Positions 1 through 10,732 of a stretch of 64,000 nucleotides of DNA are shown piece after piece. The first letter of the stretch is position 1. Each line of letters opens with the position of its first letter. A program made the translations under genes and the position numbers. Under the pieces are notes generated by a model that was given only the letters and a program-made list of their open reading frames with translations, had not been told where the DNA came from and made no database searches. The stretch is from Naegleria gruberi (lineage: Eukaryota): the NCBI GenBank assembly GCA_000004985.1, contig GG738867.1; one strand, given 5' to 3'.

Positions 1-503
1 TTTGTAAATAAATCTTTAAATGTTAATTTTTGATGATATTGAAAACGTTGTTTCATTACATCCATTGGACACCAAAATAATCCACCAAATATATCTGCTA
101 TTAATCCACTTGTTAAATATGTTAAATTATCATTATTTAAAATTGGTAATAAATATTCTTTAGATTTTTCATATGAAACAAAATATGATGCATGTGCTGG
201 TATGGTAAATATTGATACAACTGAAAATCCTCTATATAATGATCTTAATGAATATTTAAATGTACTTGTATTTAATGAAGATGAATTAATACTACCATTT
301 AAAGAAGTAGCAGTGTTAGTGGCAGCACGTAAAATAGTATTAGTACGTATAGTATCAATTGGATGTACAACTGCATCACTAAATAATCCTGCAAGTGCTC
401 CTACAAGCATGAATTTAAATGTTCCATTAGAAGTAGAAGATGATGATGATGTTATTGTTGAGGTGTTATTATCAATGGATTGAATAGCTGTTTCTTCATT
501 CAT
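1..503 (-). CDS. Mitochondrial substrate carrier family protein, N-terminal part (3' end lies beyond window start)
   Basis: Minus-strand ORF with ATG at 503..501 stays open to position 1. Translation gives MNEETAIQSIDNN...FKFMLVGALAGLFSDAVVHPIDTIRT...CPMDVMKQRFQYHQKLTFKDLFTK. The PIDTIRT stretch is the Px[DE]xx[KR] carrier signature after a hydrophobic helix, and a second ...PMDVMKQR repeat follows. Confidence 0.7.
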   Translation of the reverse strand, partial: MNEETAIQSIDNNTSTITSSSSSTSNGTFKFMLVGALAGLFSDAVVHPIDTIRTNTILRAATNTATSLNGSINSSSLNTSTFKYSLRSLYRGFSVVSIFTIPAHASYFVSYEKSKEYLLPILNNDNLTYLTSGLIADIFGGLFWCPMDVMKQRFQYHQKLTFKDLFT

Positions 504-735
504 TTTTTTTTCAACAAGAAAATTGATTGAATTTTAATAGAAATAGGATGATGCTGATATATTTCCATTCATCTCATTAATACAAAAATAATAACAATAT
601 ATTATCAATTATTATAAAGATATCATTGATAGCAATAACAATCATCTTTTATACAACACATTGTCATCAAATTAATAATAAAATTTTAAAATTTTAAAAT
701 ATTAAATATATAATAATATTTTTTATTAAAAAAAA

Positions 736-1152
736 ATGTCATCAACTTTAGCCTCTTCACAACGATCATCATCAGGTTCATCAGCAGTAGCCTCTTCAGA
801 TTTTGATGCCAATTCGGGTAGTATTATTACAGTTATTAAAACATTGTTTGAAAATTATTCTAAACGTACATCACAAAGAGTTAAAATAGTTGATCAATAT
901 ATATTATTATGTGTATTAGTAGCAGTTGTACAATTTGTTTATTGTCAAATTGTTGGTACATTTCCATTTAATGCAATGTTAGCTGGCTTCTTTACTTGTA
1001 TTTGTTCAATGGTATTTGCTGTTTCTTTAAGAAAACAATTAAATCCTGACACTGCAAAGGAATTTAAAACTATTGTTTTAGAAAAGAGTATTGCTGATTT
1101 TGTTATCATTTCTATTTTATTGTTCTTTGTTGCTGTTAGTTATTTAGGTTAA
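736..1152 (+). CDS. dad1: DAD1/OST2 subunit of oligosaccharyltransferase
   Basis: 138-aa single-exon ORF. The core ...KIVDQYILLCVLVAVVQFVYCQIVGTFPFNAMLAGFFTCICSMVFAVSLRKQ...ADFVIISILLFFVAVSYLG matches the conserved DAD1 core (VGTFPFN, C-terminal ...NFVG-like end). A Ser-rich N-terminal extension is present. Confidence 0.8.
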   Translation: MSSTLASSQRSSSGSSAVASSDFDANSGSIITVIKTLFENYSKRTSQRVKIVDQYILLCVLVAVVQFVYCQIVGTFPFNAMLAGFFTCICSMVFAVSLRKQLNPDTAKEFKTIVLEKSIADFVIISILLFFVAVSYLG

Positions 1153-1289
1153 ATATTATTACAAACAATATTAGAAGAAGAAGTAAATGTGTTAATTGAT
1201 ATTATTATTATAATTCTTATTTTAATTTGTGTAATGATGATGATATTAACTGCACTGATGATCTTTTCATTCAATAAAAAACGATATTG

Positions 1290-2273
1290 AGAATAAGTAT
1301 TTTGATGTAAGGTTACCTTAATTTCAGTCTTGCTAAAAAGTTATAGGTACTAATGTATATCATCAACTCATATTATGGAAAATTTTTAGCCCATTTGCTG
1401 TTAAACTACAACATTTTTCAATTGTAGCATTATGTTACCATGTACGTCTTACACAGTTTACGTACGCAACCGTATTATAGTAGTTTGTACTGCAAATATA
1501 TCCTAAGTGTACAGTGAAACTGTGTGCAACATAGTTTCTAGAGAAAAACATAACTGATTGTGTAGTGAGCATTTGTCATTTCAAGATATTTCTTCACAGA
1601 ATATCTATGGTCAGGATCTCGACATATTTGATGCTCAAATAACACCGGTTTGGTTCAGTAAGCGTATTCACTCAACTTCAAAAAGCATATGTTGGTGTGA
1701 TTATTCGTTATGTTAAATCATACCAAGCTTGTTACGGGTTTTACCGTTTAACAAAACAGAATAGTGTAAGTAGTATAATGTTTGAATTTCACTAAGTATT
1801 ACATTGTACTCGTCTCCTACTTCTTCAATTTGTCAATTTACCCACTGCAAGGGCTAATGCAGGAGCTTGTGTGCATATTCATTTGAGCTCATTCCTCTCT
1901 AGTGTAAGTCTATTTCATGATTGTATTGTGTATGTGTACAAGTGAAAACTCACAACAAGGATTGGAAACTTGAAATGGAATATCGTGCTCAAGTAAGTGA
2001 TAGAAATACAGGAGATATAATTTCATACTTTCAGTTACAACTCCATGAGAACGTTTCGAATGAATGGAAAGTGGCAGCCAACGTGAATGACAACTACGGT
2101 ACCATTATTCTCCAAACAATGAGCTGAAACCACAGTATCTAATTCTGTGAATTTTGTAAACTCTGGAATTACCATAACAGTGTTCCTCAAAGAAAACTTC
2201 CCACATAATGGAGAGTTTACACATCAACCTTGGTGGTATAGGATCACTTTCAATCATTTCTGGAGGCCATGTA
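1290..2273. repeat. AT-poor non-coding island abutting an assembly gap; possible degenerate transposon or pseudogene remnant
   Basis: Base composition changes abruptly to roughly 60 percent AT, unlike the flanking 80-85 percent AT intergenic DNA. No ORF longer than 68 codons is present on either strand. The island ends at a 50-N gap. Confidence 0.3.
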
Positions 2274-2323
2274 NNNNNNNNNNNNNNNNNNNNNNNNNNN
2301 NNNNNNNNNNNNNNNNNNNNNNN
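2274..2323. other. Assembly gap (50 N)
   Basis: Run of n characters. Confidence 0.95.
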
Positions 2324-2579
2324 TGATGATATTTAATTGTTGTTATTGAGTTCTTAACATTAATGTTGTATCTTCTGTTATGAAAATAGAATGTGTGAAT
2401 TTAACTCCTAGGAGTTCTCAATCATGACAGGTTACCCAACAATTGACTGCCTCAACAAATATTGCTATGAGATAATAATAATTGTTTTTTTTGAAATGAT
2501 TGACTAATCAATGTGTAACACTTTAAATTAATTAATTAAAGGATTTTGGATTAATATCCAAAATAATAACAATAAAAAA

Positions 2580-3041
2580 ATGTATAGAAAACTAGTTGTT
2601 GCTTCATTCAAAGGAGTATATAACTCCAGAACTGCCTTCATTTCCAAGTCTTCTTCACAACAACAATTTAAAAGTTTGAACTTGGTTAGATCATTTTTCA
2701 CAACTAACAGTAGAACTCTGCAACAAGATGAAAAGAAGATTGAAATCAAAACTGTTACATCAACAGATGATAAACCTATCAATGATAATATCAAAAGTGA
2801 AAAATCAACCATCAAATCAAATGAAAATCAACAAAATTGGATAAGTCAATTACGTAAACTTTTAAAAAAAACAAATTCTCATGATGCACATTCAAACTCT
2901 TCTCGTGTAAATGAACTTGAGATTATTCGTCAAATGTTAGCAATTATTGTTTTAGGAGGATTATTCTTTTATTCTCTTAAAATGGGATATAATTTGGGTT
3001 TAGTTTTATCTTTTATTTTACTGGCATTGTTGGTTGCTTAA
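2580..3041 (+). CDS. Hypothetical small protein with basic N-terminus and C-terminal hydrophobic segment
   Basis: 153-aa ORF MYRKLVVASFKG...LAIIVLGGLFFYSLKMGYNLGLVLSFILLALLVA. The N-terminus is Arg/Ser-rich and presequence-like, and the C-terminus is transmembrane-like. No family recognised. Confidence 0.4.
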   Translation: MYRKLVVASFKGVYNSRTAFISKSSSQQQFKSLNLVRSFFTTNSRTLQQDEKKIEIKTVTSTDDKPINDNIKSEKSTIKSNENQQNWISQLRKLLKKTNSHDAHSNSSRVNELEIIRQMLAIIVLGGLFFYSLKMGYNLGLVLSFILLALLVA

Positions 3042-3464
3042 TATTGTTTTCAATAAAATTTAAACTTGAAAAAGATTTTTCACATTCCATTTGGGACAAT
3101 TGATGAAAATATGAACAATGCAAATGTACAAATAATCATAACAAATAAAGAATTTGTTGATATTTAAATTCTCCATTAATTCACTTCCAACAATAGACAA
3201 TAATTCAAAATTAGAAATATATATTTATGAATAAATAGACAGTACGGAGATGATCATCAATTGACTAGATTATCTAGTATAGGTGTATTGAAAATGCATT
3301 TCAGAAATTAACTTCATTCTCTCATTTAAATGATCAATGTTTCAATATAATTTAACCTTGAGCTTTTCAAAAAGAAATATCAACAATATAACACTCTCAC
3401 TCACACTCACATTAGGAGACTGAATTTTATTTTCAATATATTACCTTAATATAATTTAAACACT

Positions 3465-4627
3465 ATGATAGAATTAATAATTAACAAGTTTAATATTCAA
3501 TTAGATAACAAACAAAAACCATCACATGTTAATTATTATATTACATGTAAATTTAATGAAAATATTCAACATCAACAACAACAACAACCATTAAATTCAC
3601 AAGCTACCAATAATAATAATAATAATAATGAATTAAATAGTAATAATAATAGTATTGAAATATTTGAAAGTGTAAAGAGATATAATGAATTATTATCATT
3701 ACATGAATCTATTTCAACGAATTTCCCCGACATTTTATCCAATATAACATTTCCTCCTAAAATATATTTTGGTAATTTTAAGGTATGTTTTTTATTAAGC
3801 ATTTCATCTTAATATAAATTATTAAAATATAATAGAATGATAAAATTGAACAACGTAAACAATTATTACAAATATATTTAAATAATATTATTAATAATAA
3901 TTTTAATAATAATAATAATATTAAATTTAAACAATATTTATATCATTATTTTAAATCAAATTCAAATGAACCAACTATAATTAATTCAAATATTTTAATT
4001 AATTCAAATATAAATAATAATTTAAATGATAATAATAATATAAATAATTATTACAAATTTCCATTAAGAAATTTAGATGAATATTTACCAAATATGAATA
4101 AAAATGAAATAATATCAACATTTTCATTAAAAAATGAAAGTGATAATATATTATCATTATCATCTGTAACAGGTGGATTCTATGGATTATTATTAAAATC
4201 TATTAATACATTATATCCAAATATATCAATTAATGAAATTAGTAAAAAATGTTTTGAAGAAATTGGTAAATTAAAATGTCAAGAATATTTAAAAAAACAA
4301 ACAAATGAAATGAAAGAATTTAATTTAGATACAAGATCAATAATATTAACATTAATAATGGCAATATTTAATGCTAGTCCTGAATATATTTTTAAAATTG
4401 AAAAATTTGAATCACAACAATCTATCATTTCTTTAAATGGTAAAGATAGATATTTAAGATCATGTATTGCATGTAATATTAATGATTATATTGAATTTCC
4501 TACTTTGAAAGAATTTTTAATTGGTGCTAGTTTAATTTTAAATTTAAATATTTCAGTTGATATTAAAATACATGAATGTAATAATTTAGATGAATTAAAT
4601 GTTACTTATATTATTAATTTAATTTAA
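3465..4627 (+). CDS. PX (phox) domain-containing protein, 2 exons
   Basis: Exon 1 3465..3782 ends ...FPPKIYFGNFK followed by GTATGT. The intron is about 3783..3835. Exon 2 3836..4627 continues DKIEQRKQLLQIYLNNIINN..., so the RYNEL...FPPK...F...IEQRKQLLQIYL pattern fits the C-terminal half of a PX domain. Exon 2 is in frame with track ORF 4094..4627. Confidence 0.55.
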
Positions 4628-4639
4628 TTTATTATTTTT

Positions 4640-5260
4640 ATTATATTTATTAATAATTTGTATTTAAATATGAAATTCAATGGTATTCATGATGACAATT
4701 CAATTGCACTCATGCAATTTCAATGATGAAGAAGGCTGGGCTTAACGTTGCTGTAATAAAAATATTTTTATAAAATTATTATTTTTTTGGTTTGAAAAAA
4801 AAATGTCCACACCTATTATTGTTCCACCATCACCACATAAAAACTTTCATATTGCTACCTTGTATTCTCAACATGTAAATAATAATGTTGAATTCAAAAT
4901 GAAGGTGCAAGTGAAGAAATGACANNNNNNNNNNNNNNNNNNNNNNNNNNNNNNNNNNNNNNNNNNNNNNNNNNTATAAAAAGCTGAAATTCAATGGTAT
5001 TCATTTCAATTACACTCATGCAATTTCAATGATGAAGAAGGCTCAGCCGTCTGGGCTTAACGTTGATCATATTATTAATAAAAATATTTTTATAAAATTA
5101 TTATTTTTTTGGTTTGAAAAAAAAATGTCCACACCTATTATTGTTCCACCATCACCACATAAAAACTTTCATATTGCTACCTTGTATTCTCAACATGTAA
5201 ATAGTGTTGAAATTCAAAATGAAGGTGCAAGTGAAGAAATGACACTTGATGAATTACTTT
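4640..5260. repeat. Direct duplication (~285 bp, a few percent diverged) flanking an assembly gap at 4925..4974
   Basis: Segment 4640..4924 and segment 4980..5264 share ...gaaattcaatggtattcat...atgtccacacctattattgttccaccatcaccacataaaaactttcatattgctaccttgtattctcaacatgtaaat... with small indels. The N run sits between the two copies. Confidence 0.6.
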
Positions 5261-6232
5261 TAAAACTTTCTATTAAATTAAACAAGGAACAAAAAGAATT
5301 ACTTGTTTTAATTCAAGGTGAAAAGAATGAACAAGTTTATTCTAAATTGAATGAACATTTAACACTTCGTTCATATCTTGTTAATGATTCTTTAACTATT
5401 TTTGATATTATTTTATATGTTTATTTATATGATAATATTATTCAATTAACAAAGAAACAACAATTATCTCTTGTTCATTTAATTCGTTATATTAATCATT
5501 TAAAAAACAAATTTAAATATTTTAATGATGTTAAATTAAATTTACAATCTGTTAAATTTAATTATAAGAATTTATTATTACAAGAACAACAAGAATTAAA
5601 ACAAAAAGAACAATTAACAACAACAACAACAAGGTTCTGCTTCCACTTCTGCTACTACTGCTACCAAGCCTAATGCTACTACAAAGGCTACCACTGCTAC
5701 AACAACAACAAGTGATGAATTAAATCCAAATAGTATTGAATTAACAGTTGGTAAAGTATTATCATGTGAAGATCATCCAGAAGCAACTAAACTCTATGTT
5801 GAAAAGATTAGTATTACAAGTGATAATTCTAAAGTCTTGACAATTTGTAGTGGATTGAAAGGTAAAATTGAAAAGGAATTAATTAGAGATAAATTAGTAT
5901 TATTAATGACTAATTTAAAACCTTCTAAAATGGTTGGTATTGAATCTGAAGGAATGTTATTAGCTGCTACTAATGAGCAAGACCAAGTTGAATTAATTTC
6001 ATTTGATAATATTAATGATTTACAACCAGGTGATAGAATTGTAATTGATGGTTTTGATATCATTCCTGTTGATAAACAAATTAAATCTGACAAGTTGGCT
6101 AAAAAGATTTTACCTTTCATTATGACAAATGAAAATGGTATTGTTACTTGGAAAGGTACAAATCAATGGAAAGTTTTAGGAAAGGAACACGTACATCCTA
6201 TTTCTAATTTTAAGAAAGTACCAGTTAAATAA
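5125..6232 (+). CDS. AIMP1/Arc1p-like protein with C-terminal EMAP-II/Myf-type tRNA-binding domain; reading frame interrupted
   Basis: ATG at 5125 (aaaaaaaaATG). The N-terminal 183 codons MSTPIIVPPSPHK...QEQQELKQKEQL end in frame A at 5673. The C-terminal domain ...ELNPNSIELTVGKVLSCEDHPEATKLYVEKISI...LKPSKMVGIESEGMLLAA...VPVK* is in frame A+1 and is open only from about 5618 to 6232. The switch occurs inside the (aca)5 tract at 5617..5634. The TVGKV...HP.A..L....I..G....I..G........G......NLKP..M.G..S.GM.L matches the tRNA-binding OB fold. Confidence 0.6.
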
Positions 6233-6507
6233 ATTTATTATTAATATTTATTAATTTATTTATTTTATATTATTTAATATTTATTTAATATTATTTAATA
6301 ATATTATTTCATAACTGTTGTTTGTTGTGGTGGATTTGTTTGATAATATTTCAATTACAATAATATTTAAAAATTAATTGTCAAAGTCATTGAATCAATA
6401 TAATAAATAGGATAACAAATTGTCATTTATCAAAATAAAAAAGTGTATTGCTGCCAAAATTCCTACCATTGACATTTGTACCTGTCAAATTAAATAACAG
6501 TAAAAAA

Positions 6508-9288
6508 ATGAGTGTTGCTCAACAACAACAACCGGTTGTTCATACTACCACTCAACAACAACAACACATCAATCATCATCATCATCAACAACAAGAACAA
6601 CATCATTCATCAACTACTACTAATAATCAACAACAATTACAACAAGAACAACGTCAAAAATTATTAAATAAAAGAAAATTAGTAATTCAAGAAATCTTTC
6701 AAACAGAGAAGGAATATGTTAATGCACTTGAAACATTAGATAATATATTTATAACACCAATTAAACAACAACAATTATTAAAAGAAGAAGATACCAATGA
6801 ATTATTTAAAGATATACAAATTATTCTAGCTGTTAATAAGGAAGTTTTATCTTTTATTGATATTTTTATTAAATATATGGAAGATCATAATTATAATGAT
6901 GATGATCTAAATAATACTTTAAATACTTTAAATAGTAGTAATAATAATGGTAATAATAGTGTTGGTGGTGTTGGTAGTAGCAGTGTTAGTGTTGGCGGTA
7001 ATACATTAGAAGTTAATAATAATAGTAATAATAATAATAATACAATATCTCCTTCTACACCAACAAGTGGTAATGATTTTACATCATCATTCTCTAATAA
7101 TAGTCAACCAACTACTCCAACCACAAATAATACATCCAATACTAATACAAATACAACAAATACATCCAATACAACAAATACAAATTCAAATAATAACAAA
7201 GAAATTGAACAAAAGAAAAGAAATGCATTAATATTAGGTAAAAAGATAACACCAACATTAGGTGATATATTTCATTTAATGTCAGATTATTTAAAAAGTT
7301 ATAGTAGTTATTGTAACAAGTATGAATTAATATTTAAAATGATTGAAGAAAAGAAACAAAAAAAGAGTAAATTTAGAAAGTTTTTAGAACGTACAGAATT
7401 TACACCTGATGCATTCAATGATTCAATTATATCATTCATGATTAAACCAGTTCAACGTATACCACGTTATGAAATGTTATTGAGAGAATCTATTAAAACA
7501 ACTCCACAAGATCATCACGACTATTCACGTCTCATTTCAGCTGCACAAAAGATTAATAATGTTGCATCGAGAGTCAATGAAAAGATTAGAGAACAATTAT
7601 GTAGAGAGAGAGCAATACAATTATCACAACAATTTAATTCAGATCAATTACCATTCGAATTGGTAAAGAGTAGTAGAAAATTTATAGCACACACTGTTAT
7701 GGGTTACATTTCAGATCGTTCAGGTATTCAAATGAGATGTTTTATTTTATATAATGATTTAATTTTATTATGTAATTATACTGGTAGTAGTAATTCTAAT
7801 AGTAATAATAATTCAAATAATAATTCTAATAGTACAAGTAATAGTACAGATCAAATGATGACTCAATTCTTTAATAATTCTAATAATTCTAATAATACAA
7901 GTAATAGTAATACAAATAATAATAATACAAATAATTTAACGAATATAACAAATATTAATGAAACTTATTCAAATGAACAAAAAAAGAAGGAAGTTGAAAT
8001 ATTTGATAATCCTAAAGTTAAATTTCATTTGAGATGTGCCATTTCATTATTATCAACACCATTAATATGGGCAGAATCATTACCAGATGGATATTGTATT
8101 GAAAATGCATTTAAATTAGTAACACGTGATAAAACATTTATACTATTTACAGAAAACAAAATTCAACGTGATTATTGGGTACAATTAATTAATGATCAAA
8201 TGGATAAATTAAAAAAACAATTACCACATTTAAATGAAGAATCAAATGCTAATGAAATAATGTTAGTCAATAGTAGATATTTCTATTATGCAAGTGGAAG
8301 TGAAAAAGATAAGAGAATTGAAATGTTAAATTCACAAATGTCAGATTCAAGTGAAAGATTAAAAATTGAAACTTCACTTCAACAAGATCATTTAAATTTA
8401 ATTATTGAACAAATACAGAAGGATGTTGATTTTATAGATCAACAATGTTATGATCATGAATATGTTCAATCAATGAATTATTTAAAATTACAACCATCAC
8501 ATCCACTATCAAATTCACATTCACAACATAGATTATCTGTTAATTCTCTAAATAATACCTGTGTGTTATCACCTTCCATTGATGATATTAATAATAATTC
8601 AAATGGATCTGGTAATAATTTACTTTCTAATTTAAATTCATCATCTGCTTCAAATTTAATAACAACATCTGCTGCTGCTGCTGCCAATAATAGTAGTAAT
8701 AGTAATAGTAGTTCATCTATATCACAATCTAAAAGAAATAGTACAAGTATTAAGAGTTTATTTAGTGGTGGTAGTGTTAATAGTAATGCAACAACACCAA
8801 CATCATCAGTTGCAACATCACCTGTTTCAGTATCACATGGTAATTCACTTTCACTTTCAAATTTATATGATCACCACGGTGCTCATTCACCTTCATCTTC
8901 GTATGGTTCAAGTCCACCTGTATATTTATCACCAAGTAATAATGCACTATCACCTTCACATCATCAGACAGGTCATTTGAGTGCATCGATAGCATTGAGA
9001 TCATCATCATCAACATCAACAACAACAAATAGAGATAGATCTAATAGTTTATATAATACTAGAATTGTAATACCACAACAACGTAATTCACAATCACCTA
9101 CCATTTTAAAAGAATTATTTCAAAAACTTAATACTGATTTTCAAGATCAAGAATTATCAACAAGTACTTCTAATTCAACAAGTAATAACATGACAACAAG
9201 TACATCTTCTATTAGTAGTAATAATAGTAATACTAATAATAGTAATAATACAAATAAAAGATTCATTTACAAAAAAGTTAACAGTTAA
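6508..9288 (+). CDS. RhoGEF (DH domain followed by PH-like domain), Gln/Asn-rich
   Basis: ATG at 6508 (taaaaaaaATG); track ORF begins earlier at a TTG. DH domain: KRKLVIQEIFQTEKEYVNALETLDNIF...VQRIPRYEMLLRESIKTT. A PH-like segment follows, then long Ser/Asn/Thr-rich low-complexity tail. Confidence 0.7.
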   Translation: MSVAQQQQPVVHTTTQQQQHINHHHHQQQEQHHSSTTTNNQQQLQQEQRQKLLNKRKLVIQEIFQTEKEYVNALETLDNIFITPIKQQQLLKEEDTNELFKDIQIILAVNKEVLSFIDIFIKYMEDHNYNDDDLNNTLNTLNSSNNNGNNSVGGVGSSSVSVGGNTLEVNNNSNNNNNTISPSTPTSGNDFTSSFSNNSQPTTPTTNNTSNTNTNTTNTSNTTNTNSNNNKEIEQKKRNALILGKKITPTLGDIFHLMSDYLKSYSSYCNKYELIFKMIEEKKQKKSKFRKFLERTEFTPDAFNDSIISFMIKPVQRIPRYEMLLRESIKTTPQDHHDYSRLISAAQKINNVASRVNEKIREQLCRERAIQLSQQFNSDQLPFELVKSSRKFIAHTVMGYISDRSGIQMRCFILYNDLILLCNYTGSSNSNSNNNSNNNSNSTSNSTDQMMTQFFNNSNNSNNTSNSNTNNNNTNNLTNITNINETYSNEQKKKEVEIFDNPKVKFHLRCAISLLSTPLIWAESLPDGYCIENAFKLVTRDKTFILFTENKIQRDYWVQLINDQMDKLKKQLPHLNEESNANEIMLVNSRYFYYASGSEKDKRIEMLNSQMSDSSERLKIETSLQQDHLNLIIEQIQKDVDFIDQQCYDHEYVQSMNYLKLQPSHPLSNSHSQHRLSVNSLNNTCVLSPSIDDINNNSNGSGNNLLSNLNSSSASNLITTSAAAAANNSSNSNSSSSISQSKRNSTSIKSLFSGGSVNSNATTPTSSVATSPVSVSHGNSLSLSNLYDHHGAHSPSSSYGSSPPVYLSPSNNALSPSHHQTGHLSASIALRSSSSTSTTTNRDRSNSLYNTRIVIPQQRNSQSPTILKELFQKLNTDFQDQELSTSTSNSTSNNMTTSTSSISSNNSNTNNSNNTNKRFIYKKVNS

Positions 9289-9345
9289 AATGATGTCAAA
9301 ATTTAAAAAATCAGGTCAAAAGAAAAAGATCAAGACACAGATCAA

Positions 9346-10317
9346 ATGTTATATTTAAGTGATGGAGAAGGTGAAGTGGATGAACCATTCTCTACTAATT
9401 TATTATCATACATGCAAGATATAACAAGAAGAAGAATTGATATGCAATACTTTGATGAATTTATTAAATTACATGAAAAACATGCTAAACAATTTGATCC
9501 TCTCATTCAGGAATTACAATTTGGATCAAAACCACAACATAATGTTGATAGATTATTGAGGAGGAAAGTATCAGAAATTAATTATGATAATTCAAATCAA
9601 CAAGAAGATGCCATTTCATATATGAGTGGTGGTATGAGTGGTGGTATGAGTGATAATCATAGATTTAGTGTTTGTTCAGTGAATGATAATGAAATTAATA
9701 CTTCAACTGAAATTACAGTTTCTTCACCAACAACTACATCTTTATTAGATTCTTCTAATAATAATAATAATAATACAATTATTAATGAATATTCTAATGA
9801 TGATAATAATGATAATAATAATAATAATAACACAACAGATAATAGTGCAGTACTTTATCATTCCAATTCAACATTATCCAATAATTCAACAAGTGATAAT
9901 AATAATTTATTTTCAACCATAACAGAACAACTTATAAAATTAAATCCTAATAGGGTAACACCACTTGTTAAAGAACATGTAATAGAAGAAATAGGTAATA
10001 CTAAATATACAACATTAGTATTCAATCCATTATATGGATTAAAAGATTTACCTACTACTAGAAAATATAGATTACAATATATTGATGAATTTAAAGATTG
10101 GAATGAATCAAGTGTTAATGATGAATATTCAAATTTTTTAAAGAATTTTTCAGACAAGTTTGGAATTCCAAATGAAATTAACACATCATCATCACCTTCT
10201 AGATCTTCAAATGCAGATAAATCTAATCCATATAATAATAATAATAATAATAATACTAATACAACAACAACAACAGAAAATGATAAAAAGAGAAGAAGTT
10301 TATTCTTTTGGAAATAA
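9346..10317 (+). CDS. Hypothetical Asn-rich protein
   Basis: 323-aa ORF with ATG start. It contains MSGGMSGGMS and poly-Asn tracts. No recognised domain. Two in-frame stops separate it from the upstream RhoGEF. Confidence 0.4.
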   Translation: MLYLSDGEGEVDEPFSTNLLSYMQDITRRRIDMQYFDEFIKLHEKHAKQFDPLIQELQFGSKPQHNVDRLLRRKVSEINYDNSNQQEDAISYMSGGMSGGMSDNHRFSVCSVNDNEINTSTEITVSSPTTTSLLDSSNNNNNNTIINEYSNDDNNDNNNNNNTTDNSAVLYHSNSTLSNNSTSDNNNLFSTITEQLIKLNPNRVTPLVKEHVIEEIGNTKYTTLVFNPLYGLKDLPTTRKYRLQYIDEFKDWNESSVNDEYSNFLKNFSDKFGIPNEINTSSSPSRSSNADKSNPYNNNNNNNTNTTTTTENDKKRRSLFFWK

Positions 10318-10732
10318 TAAATTATTTTATTGAAAGACCTATATTGAATCTTGTTATTATCTTTTTTTAAAATCTACAAATGATGATGATTAGCATCACC
10401 TTTCTTTTTTAAAAAAATAAGACACTCTACTTACTCAAATATCACAACTACAACTAGTAGTATTAAGATTTTAATCCTTAATAACTTGATAACTTCCGAA
10501 AGGGTTATGAAATTATCATAATTATTATCATTATTCAATATAAATACTTTCCTATTCTCATACCGCGGCTGTAAATACATCATATTACATCATCCATCAT
10601 TTACTATCATTATCTCTCTCTATCTTATTACATCAAACAACATTAACAATACAAGAAACAACAATTCATCACACTAATTGTCTATTTACATCATCCTATA
10701 TTATTATTATTATTATTAATTATAAAAAGAAA

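Noticed and set aside
2150-2273. Apparent protein-kinase subdomain IX-like motif (DVWSLG) on the minus strand of the AT-poor island
   Set aside because: Careful retranslation of all three minus frames shows stops and no DxWSxG motif. The first impression was a misreading.
8478-9028. Overlapping track ORFs 8478..8687 (-), 8765..8980 (+) and 8777..9028 (-) inside the RhoGEF coding region
   Set aside because: They are by-products of low-complexity Ser/His/Asn-coding repeats in the real plus-strand ORF. The same applies to many other short antisense ORFs in the track: 2528..2815, 3572..3802, 9858..10184, 14034..14264, 15101..15403, 16596..16961, 19079..19468, 20413..20676, 25190..25655, 27923..28763, 31542..31730, 33089..33304, 36863..37045, 39630..40045, 46421..48193, 49819..51039, 52890..53250, 53837..54691, 55353..55541, 56472..56986, 57774..57965, 59336..59839, 62188..63965.
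9289-9345. Possible short intron joining the RhoGEF ORF (ends 9288) to the next ORF (9346), which are in the same frame
   Set aside because: Two in-frame stops lie between them. The only GT...AG candidate is 31 nt with a weak GTTAAA donor and breaks the frame.
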